Assembly: GCA_963823335.1 (NCBI GenBank)
Contig: CAWGLD010000006.1
Span: 96,001-160,000, forward strand
DNA from: an uncultured delta proteobacterium
Lineage (GTDB): Bacteria; Desulfobacterota; Desulfobacteria; Desulfobacterales; B30-G6
Length of the DNA stretch: 64,000 nt
Direction: 5' to 3'
Position numbers and translations under genes: made by a program. Within the stretch, counting starts at the first letter, position 1. Every line of letters begins with the position of its first letter. Shown piece by piece: positions 58,074 through 64,000 of the stretch. The notes beneath the pieces are model-generated. The model was not told the origin of the DNA. It searched no databases and saw only the letters and a program-made list of their open reading frames with translations.

Positions 58074-59018
58074 ATGAAAGAAAAATCGTCATTTAGTCCC
58101 CGGAAATTCGCTGTTATCGGTGCTGGCCCTGTGGGATGCATCGTTGCTGCTTTCCTCGCAAAGCACGGCTATGATGTCACCCTTTGCGATATCATGCCTG
58201 AATTGCTGAAACCGGCCCTGGACCCCGGTATCACCCTCGAAGGGGCTGAAAACCTCCTGCAACCGGTAAGCCGTACTTGCCTGACGGTTGACGAACTGGC
58301 AGACCACAAACCAGATGTCATTTTTATTACAGTCAAAGCCAATGCGCTCCCCTTGATCGTATCGGCCATTGAAGGCTTTTATCATGAGGGAATGTTTGTC
58401 GTCAGCTGGCAGAACGGTATCGACACAGAGCTTGTAATTTCCAAGACCCTTGGAGACAAAGCTTCCCTGCGTGCCGTCGTAAATTACGGTTGTGCTTTAA
58501 CATCACCCTGTCACGTCTCCATGCCATTTCACCACCCACCGCACTTTATTCAGGAGCTCAATCCCGAGTCAAAAGATGCCGCCGTTGCCATTGCCAAGTC
58601 CCTAAGCCAGAGCGGTCTTGAGACAGAGCGCACCGACCAGATTATCTCGATGGTATGGCGCAAAGGGGTTTTGAATGCCTGCATGAATCCTGTATGTGCT
58701 GTAACCGGACTCACCATGGCTCAGGCCATGAATGATCCTATTGTCTTCAACATTGTCGACAACCTTGTCAAGGAGTGCATCAAGGTTGCACGGGCTAATG
58801 AAATCAACTTGGGGTGGGACTTCTACCCCAATGCCATTGCCTACATGCGTAATGCCGGCAATCATAAACCTTCCATGTTGATGGATATCGAAAATAAACG
58901 ACGAACGGAGATTGACTATATCAATGGGAAATTCGTCGAGTATGGCCAGCGGGCTGGCATTGAAACGCCCTACAACATCTCATTGCGTTCCCTGGTTAAA
59001 GGGTTAGAATCCAAATAA
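58074..59018 (+). CDS. Ketopantoate reductase (PanE/ApbA)-family 2-oxoacid reductase
   Basis: GAGPVG, QNG, W.K..LN, SMLMD and TEIDYING motifs. Confidence 0.85.
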   Translation: MKEKSSFSPRKFAVIGAGPVGCIVAAFLAKHGYDVTLCDIMPELLKPALDPGITLEGAENLLQPVSRTCLTVDELADHKPDVIFITVKANALPLIVSAIEGFYHEGMFVVSWQNGIDTELVISKTLGDKASLRAVVNYGCALTSPCHVSMPFHHPPHFIQELNPESKDAAVAIAKSLSQSGLETERTDQIISMVWRKGVLNACMNPVCAVTGLTMAQAMNDPIVFNIVDNLVKECIKVARANEINLGWDFYPNAIAYMRNAGNHKPSMLMDIENKRRTEIDYINGKFVEYGQRAGIETPYNISLRSLVKGLESK

Positions 59019-59836
59019 TGGCAGCATCGAAACCCATCTTTGTCGGCGTCGATGTGGGGGCATCCCGAACCAAGCTGGCTATTTTAGACTCAGGGCATCG
59101 GCTTCTCGGTCATGCTGTCCAAAAATCAGGAACTGATTTTTCTGCAACAGCCGACCTCTGCCTTGAAACATCCCTCAAAATGGCCAACGCGGATAGATCC
59201 GATATCAAACGCGTGGTCTCTACGGGCTATGGCCGAAAAAATGTCACCTACTCTGACGAAACCAAAACCGAAATTGGGTGTCATGCAAAGGGCTGCTACC
59301 TGTATTTTCCTTTTGCGACCACCATTATCGATATCGGCGGACAGGACAACAAGGTAATCAAGCTGGACGACAGGGGTCACAGAACCAGTTTTAAAATGAA
59401 CCGCAAATGCGCCGCTGGAACAGGCGCTTTTCTGGAGGAAATGTCCCCACGTTTGGACATCCCTCTCGAAGCAATGGATGGGCTGGCCAGGAAATCTGAG
59501 AACATGATTAAACTGGGTAGCTTCTGTACTGTATTTTCCGGCACTGAAGTGCTTGAAAACATACGCAAGGGTAAAAAAGTCAGCGATATTATCAAGGGCT
59601 TGTTTTATTCGGTCATTAAGCGGGTCATCGAAATGGATGCATTTACAGATTCCGTGGTGATGACGGGTGGTGTGGTTGCTCATAATCCTTATCTCGTAAC
59701 CATGATGGAAGAAATCATTAATAAACAGATTCTCGTGCCCGAGTTTCCCCAATTGACCGGAGCCATCGGGGCGGCACTGTATGCACATGAAGGGTTTGAG
59801 GGTTCGAGGGGTGGAGGTTTGGAGGGGGGTAGCTGA
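59018..59836 (+). CDS. HgdC/BcrA-type ATP-dependent [4Fe-4S] activator
   Basis: GVDVG, TGYGR, EIGCH, IDIGGQDNK, KCAAGTG, CTVF and GAIGAA motifs. Confidence 0.92.
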   Translation: MAASKPIFVGVDVGASRTKLAILDSGHRLLGHAVQKSGTDFSATADLCLETSLKMANADRSDIKRVVSTGYGRKNVTYSDETKTEIGCHAKGCYLYFPFATTIIDIGGQDNKVIKLDDRGHRTSFKMNRKCAAGTGAFLEEMSPRLDIPLEAMDGLARKSENMIKLGSFCTVFSGTEVLENIRKGKKVSDIIKGLFYSVIKRVIEMDAFTDSVVMTGGVVAHNPYLVTMMEEIINKQILVPEFPQLTGAIGAALYAHEGFEGSRGGGLEGGS

Positions 59837-59927
59837 ACGCCTACAGCTGTAAGCACCTAACAGCCTACAGTCTAATCCCCTGAAAAACGAATGCTATTGG
59901 TAAAGAAATAAAAAATCAAAACTCATA

Positions 59928-60047
59928 ATTGAAGAACCTCGCAGCAAGCTACGAGGAATCTTCGACCGTAAGGAATTCTTTCTAATTTAGATGCGCTCGC
60001 TAACCCCGCAGCAAGCTACGGGGAATGCGCTCGCTGTTGCGGTTCAA
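59928..60047 (+). repeat. Full-length GCAGCAAGCTAC double-hairpin repeat element
   Basis: TTGAA...TTCAA ends; partial or variant copies at ~16856, ~20147, ~24330, 35357 and 53193-53427. Confidence 0.75.
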
Positions 60048-60070
60048 CATTAAACTAGTGAGGTAAACCG

Positions 60071-61318
60071 ATGAACGACGAAAAAAAGATCAATATTCGA
60101 CGATTGAAAACAGCCCGGGATATGGGGAAATTCATGGCAGACTACTACTATGAATTGGATGATGCATCAAAAAGCGGCAAGCAGAAAATCGCCTGGTGCA
60201 CCAGTGTGGGGCCTGCTGAAATCCTCAGGGGCATGGGGTTCCTGACGTACTTTCCGGAAACCCACTCTGCCATGCTCGGCACGACCCGAATGGCTGTGGA
60301 TCTTATACCCAAAGCCAATGCAATGGGATATTCTCCGGAAATTTGTTCTTATCTGACTGCCGATATCGGGGCTTTTTTAGAGGGTGTCTCACCTCTATCC
60401 AGGGCATTTAAAGGAATCGAAGGGGTCCCCAAGCCGGACGTGCTGGTATTCAACACCAATCAGTGCCGGGATGTACAGGACTGGTTTGCATGGTATGGTG
60501 AAAAATTTAATGTACCGGTTGTGGGTGTCCACACCTATCGGGGCGTGAAAGATGTAACACCTTCACACATTACCTCCATTGCCAGGCAGATGGAAAACAT
60601 TGTCGAGCCGCTGGAAGAAGTTGCCGGACGAAAACTGGATATGGACGAGTTCAAGCACGCCGTTGGTTTATCCAGGGAGTGCTCAGACCTGTGGGAAAAA
60701 TGTCTTGCTGCAGCAGCGGCTAAACCTTCTCCCCTTTCTTTTTTTGATGCCACCACCCTTATGGGCCCGGCTGTCGTTGGTCGCGGAACCCAGAAAGCAC
60801 TCGATGCATACAAGCTCCTCCTGGAAGAACTGGAAGAGCGTGTTAGCGATGGAATCGGCACTATAGACAATGAGCGGCACCGCATTTACTGGGACGGCAT
60901 GCCGGTCTGGGGCCGTTTGAGCATGCATTCCAAACTGTTTGCAGGCTTGAATGCCAACGTCATTGCATCCACCTACTGCAGTTCCTGGATATTCTCTGCC
61001 CTTGAAGCCGAGGATCCTTTTAACAGCATGGCCCGGGCCTATACAGAGCTCTTTATCGTCAGGTCCGACGAATATAAAGAACAATATATTAAGGACAAAC
61101 TCAGCTTGTTCGGTATCGATGGGGTTGTCTACCATGACGCCAAAACCTGCCCCAACAACTCCAACTGCAGATATGGTATGCCGCAACGACTTGAGGATGA
61201 AACTCACATACCAAGCCTGACCATCAACGGGGACTTAAATGATCTGCGACTTCTATCCGACGAACAGACCAAGACCAATGTGGAAGCGTTTATCGAACAA
61301 CTGGAAGAAAATAGTTAA
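60071..61318 (+). CDS. 2-hydroxyacyl-CoA dehydratase / class I benzoyl-CoA reductase-family subunit (HgdA/B, BcrB-like)
   Basis: ICSY, PKPD...NQC, DGVVYH..TC and GD..D.R....Q.KT.VEAF motifs. Confidence 0.85.
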   Translation: MNDEKKINIRRLKTARDMGKFMADYYYELDDASKSGKQKIAWCTSVGPAEILRGMGFLTYFPETHSAMLGTTRMAVDLIPKANAMGYSPEICSYLTADIGAFLEGVSPLSRAFKGIEGVPKPDVLVFNTNQCRDVQDWFAWYGEKFNVPVVGVHTYRGVKDVTPSHITSIARQMENIVEPLEEVAGRKLDMDEFKHAVGLSRECSDLWEKCLAAAAAKPSPLSFFDATTLMGPAVVGRGTQKALDAYKLLLEELEERVSDGIGTIDNERHRIYWDGMPVWGRLSMHSKLFAGLNANVIASTYCSSWIFSALEAEDPFNSMARAYTELFIVRSDEYKEQYIKDKLSLFGIDGVVYHDAKTCPNNSNCRYGMPQRLEDETHIPSLTINGDLNDLRLLSDEQTKTNVEAFIEQLEENS

Positions 61319-61555
61319 CCCAGGGAATCAAAAAGCCGGTTAGAAATTGAAATCCAGAGAAATTGGAAATAATCGTTAATGATAAACTTTAAATCCGAAT
61401 ATCGAAATACGAGACAAATTTTACTATCGAATGTTCAAAGAATCAAAACAACGCAAGGGCTTGGAGTTAAGTTCTTGTTTTAATCATTTGAATTTGGGTA
61501 TTTTTGTATTGTTTAGGATTTCGATATTCGTGCTTCGTATTTGATGGAGGATACC

Positions 61556-63634
61556 ATGTTAGACACCCTATTCAGACCCAAATCCGTCGCCATTATCGGC
61601 GCATCGACCAAAGAGCTGTCCATCGGTAACCGCATCATTCGAAACCTTGTGGATTTTGGCTTCAAGGGACCCATTTTCCCTATCAATCCCAAAGCGGATG
61701 AGGTCAGGGGCATCAAGGCCTACAAGTCCATATTGGATGCGCCGGACAATATCGATGTTGTCCACATGGTCATTCCAGCAAAATTCGTACCCATGGCTGT
61801 GGAAGACTGCGGCAAAAAAGGTGTCAAAAACATCATTATCAACTCGGGTGGTTTTTCCGAAATCGGCCCCGAAGGCGCTGTCTATGAAAAGGCGTTTCTT
61901 AAAAAAGCCAGACAATACAATATTCGCGTTTTAGGCCCCAATTGCCAGGGAATCATCAATTCAGATCCCGAAGTAAGAGCCTACTGCAATTTTACATTTA
62001 CCAAGCCCGATACTGGTCATATCTCCATCGTGGCCCTCAGCGGTGGGGTAGCTGAAGTTATTCACCAGGGCTTTTCCGCCATGGGCGTAGGCACACGCAT
62101 CTATGCTTCAAACGGTAACGCCTGCGACATCACAATTCCGGAAATCATTCAATACCTCGGTGATGATGACGGGACGCGGGTAATCGTCACATACGTCGAA
62201 GGGTTGAGGGATCCGGCGACCTTCATGAAAGTCGCCCGGGAAGTTGCAGCAAAAAAACCGATCTTGGCTATGAAGGCCGGCAGAACCATGCAGGGGGCCA
62301 AAGCTGCAGCTTCTCATACCGGTGGTTTGGCCAAAGAAGATCTTGCAACAGACCTGATATTTAAAAAAGCCGGCGTACTGACTTTCATGGACGAGGGTGA
62401 GTTGATCCAGGCAGCCGCTGCCTTTGCATCCCAGCCTGTTCCAAAAGGTAATCGTGTGGGTATTATCACCAACACAGGGGGTCCGGCCGTCATCGCTACC
62501 GACATACTGGTGGGTGCCGGTGCGGAAATACCCCCGCTGTCAAAAAAAACAGAAACCCTCCTGAAAGACAGTCTCTTTCCGGAAGCATCTGTCAACAATC
62601 CGGTAGATGTGCTTGCCACGGGGAATGCCGCGCATTACCGAACATGTATGGATGCCATGATAGCAGACGATAGTTTTGATGCCCTCTATATCAATTTCGT
62701 AACACCCTTTTTTGTTGACACGGACAGCATCGCCAAGGAGATTGCCGCGGTCAATCAACAGGGGCGAAAGCCAATGGTCTGCAACCTGATGACGGACAAA
62801 AAACAGTGGGCGGAAACTACAAACATTCTGATGCAGGCGCAAGTTCCGACATATGCCCTGCCGGGCGAGGCTGCACGTGCCATGACTGCGCTGGTACGTT
62901 ACCAGGGTATTCTGGCCCGTGACATAGGAGACGCTGCTGTTTTCAACGATGTAGACAAAGACAACGTCAGTGGAATTCTTAGCCGTGCCAAAGAGGCTGG
63001 GCTCACGTTTCTGACGGCTGCGGACGCATACGATATACTGGGGGCATATGGCATTCCTTCGGCAAAATGGTCCATGGTGAACACGGCCGAACAGGGAGCC
63101 GCTGCCGCCGAAGACATGGGGTATCCTGTTGTTGTCAAGGCAGACGCAGCTTCCATTGTACACAAAAGCGACATGGGTGCTGTGGCTGTGAATCTCAAGA
63201 CTGCCGCCGAGGTTCAAAAAACCATCTCTGGAATGCGTGAACGTCTTAAAACGGACGATCTCAAGTTCTTTGTCCAGAAATATCTTCCAGGAGGACTTGA
63301 AATTATTCTGGGCGCCAAGGCGGAACCCGGTCTGGGTCATTTGATCATGTTCGGGATGGGAGGTATCTACGTCGAAGTACTCAAAGATGTGGTGTTCAAC
63401 CTGACACCGGTAACTTCATTTGAGGCTAGAGAAATGCTCGATGCCATTCAGCTGTCACCTATTTTAAAGGGTGTCCGGGGTCAGAAAGGGATATGTCGAG
63501 ACGGCGTCACGGACATCATTCAACGTTTGTCACAGCTCGTTTTGGATCACCCCATGATCCAGGAGCTGGACTTGAATCCCACATTGGCGTTTGAAGACAG
63601 GGTGGTAGTGGTGGATGCGAGGATCAGCATTTAG
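61556..63634 (+). CDS. ADP-forming acyl-CoA synthetase (fused alpha/beta)
   Basis: PKSVAIIGAS, GPNCQG, ASHTG (phospho-His), NPVD, HKSD and ELDLNP motifs. Confidence 0.9.
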   Translation: MLDTLFRPKSVAIIGASTKELSIGNRIIRNLVDFGFKGPIFPINPKADEVRGIKAYKSILDAPDNIDVVHMVIPAKFVPMAVEDCGKKGVKNIIINSGGFSEIGPEGAVYEKAFLKKARQYNIRVLGPNCQGIINSDPEVRAYCNFTFTKPDTGHISIVALSGGVAEVIHQGFSAMGVGTRIYASNGNACDITIPEIIQYLGDDDGTRVIVTYVEGLRDPATFMKVAREVAAKKPILAMKAGRTMQGAKAAASHTGGLAKEDLATDLIFKKAGVLTFMDEGELIQAAAAFASQPVPKGNRVGIITNTGGPAVIATDILVGAGAEIPPLSKKTETLLKDSLFPEASVNNPVDVLATGNAAHYRTCMDAMIADDSFDALYINFVTPFFVDTDSIAKEIAAVNQQGRKPMVCNLMTDKKQWAETTNILMQAQVPTYALPGEAARAMTALVRYQGILARDIGDAAVFNDVDKDNVSGILSRAKEAGLTFLTAADAYDILGAYGIPSAKWSMVNTAEQGAAAAEDMGYPVVVKADAASIVHKSDMGAVAVNLKTAAEVQKTISGMRERLKTDDLKFFVQKYLPGGLEIILGAKAEPGLGHLIMFGMGGIYVEVLKDVVFNLTPVTSFEAREMLDAIQLSPILKGVRGQKGICRDGVTDIIQRLSQLVLDHPMIQELDLNPTLAFEDRVVVVDARISI

Positions 63635-63776
63635 CTCATAGCCTTTAGCTGTTAGATAGCTATCAGCTAAGGGCTAACAGCTATGAGCTGCGTCGTGTTG
63701 ATAGATTCAGAATAGTTTTAACTTCTCTTACTTACATAACAAGCAACGCTTTAATAAGACGCATAAGGAGACGCCC

Positions 63777-64000
63777 ATGACCGCCTGGATGAATTTGGGT
63801 CAGCAGTTAAAAATAAATGCATCCAAGTACCCCGACACCATCGCACTGGCAGATAAAGACCGTAAATTTACCTATCCCGAGACCAACCAGCGGGTAAACA
63901 GAGTGTGCCATAGCCTACTGTCGTTGGGTTTGCGTAAGGGCGACAAGATAGCGGTGTTCATGGAAAACAGCATCGAGATCGTGGAAATTTTTCTGGCGAC
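63777..64000 (+). CDS. AMP-binding acyl-CoA ligase, N-terminus only (runs off window)
   Basis: AAGGAG RBS; MTAWMNLG...FTY...NQRVNR..HSLLSLGLRKGDKIAVFMEN. Confidence 0.8.
   Translation, partial: MTAWMNLGQQLKINASKYPDTIALADKDRKFTYPETNQRVNRVCHSLLSLGLRKGDKIAVFMENSIEIVEIFLA

Noticed and set aside
59018-61318. Complete class I benzoyl-CoA reductase (BcrABCD)
   Set aside because: Only one activator and one catalytic-type subunit are present in the window; family assignment needs phylogeny.

Overview
This window is a gene-dense catabolic region from a strictly anaerobic bacterium; gene content and intergenic repeats suggest a Desulfobacterales-type organism (inference). The left part (1-20 kb) matches, family for family, the anaerobic indole-3-acetate (iaa) degradation cluster of denitrifying Aromatoleum/Azoarcus. 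It has a family III CoA-transferase, GntR regulator, split B12 mutase, hydantoinase A/B, PaaK-type CoA ligase, a three-subunit xanthine-dehydrogenase-family Mo enzyme and an acyl-CoA dehydrogenase. It adds a TRAP transporter, a biotin carrier and a carboxyltransferase. The same palindrome (TGTATAC-W-GTATACA) sits in that cluster's divergent promoter and in the divergent promoter between trpB2-serA and fadB-iorAB. This suggests one regulon and possibly an undescribed route: indole -> tryptophan -> indolepyruvate -> indoleacetyl-CoA -> 2-aminobenzoyl-CoA. The right part holds central benzoyl-CoA pathway genes (oah, had, dch, thiolase/OB-fold), a NapC plus octaheme cytochrome pair, a second frameshifted iorAB, paaK, an HgdC/HgdB-type radical module and an ADP-forming acyl-CoA synthetase. 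Intergenic DNA is full of small elements: TA-flanked MITEs, an IS200/IS605-type palindromic miniature element inserted after TGAT, REP-like hairpins, and many 7/8-bp-period inverted tandem arrays, one pair of which brackets a decayed four-helix-bundle gene. All functions come from motif and family recognition by eye; no database searches were run.
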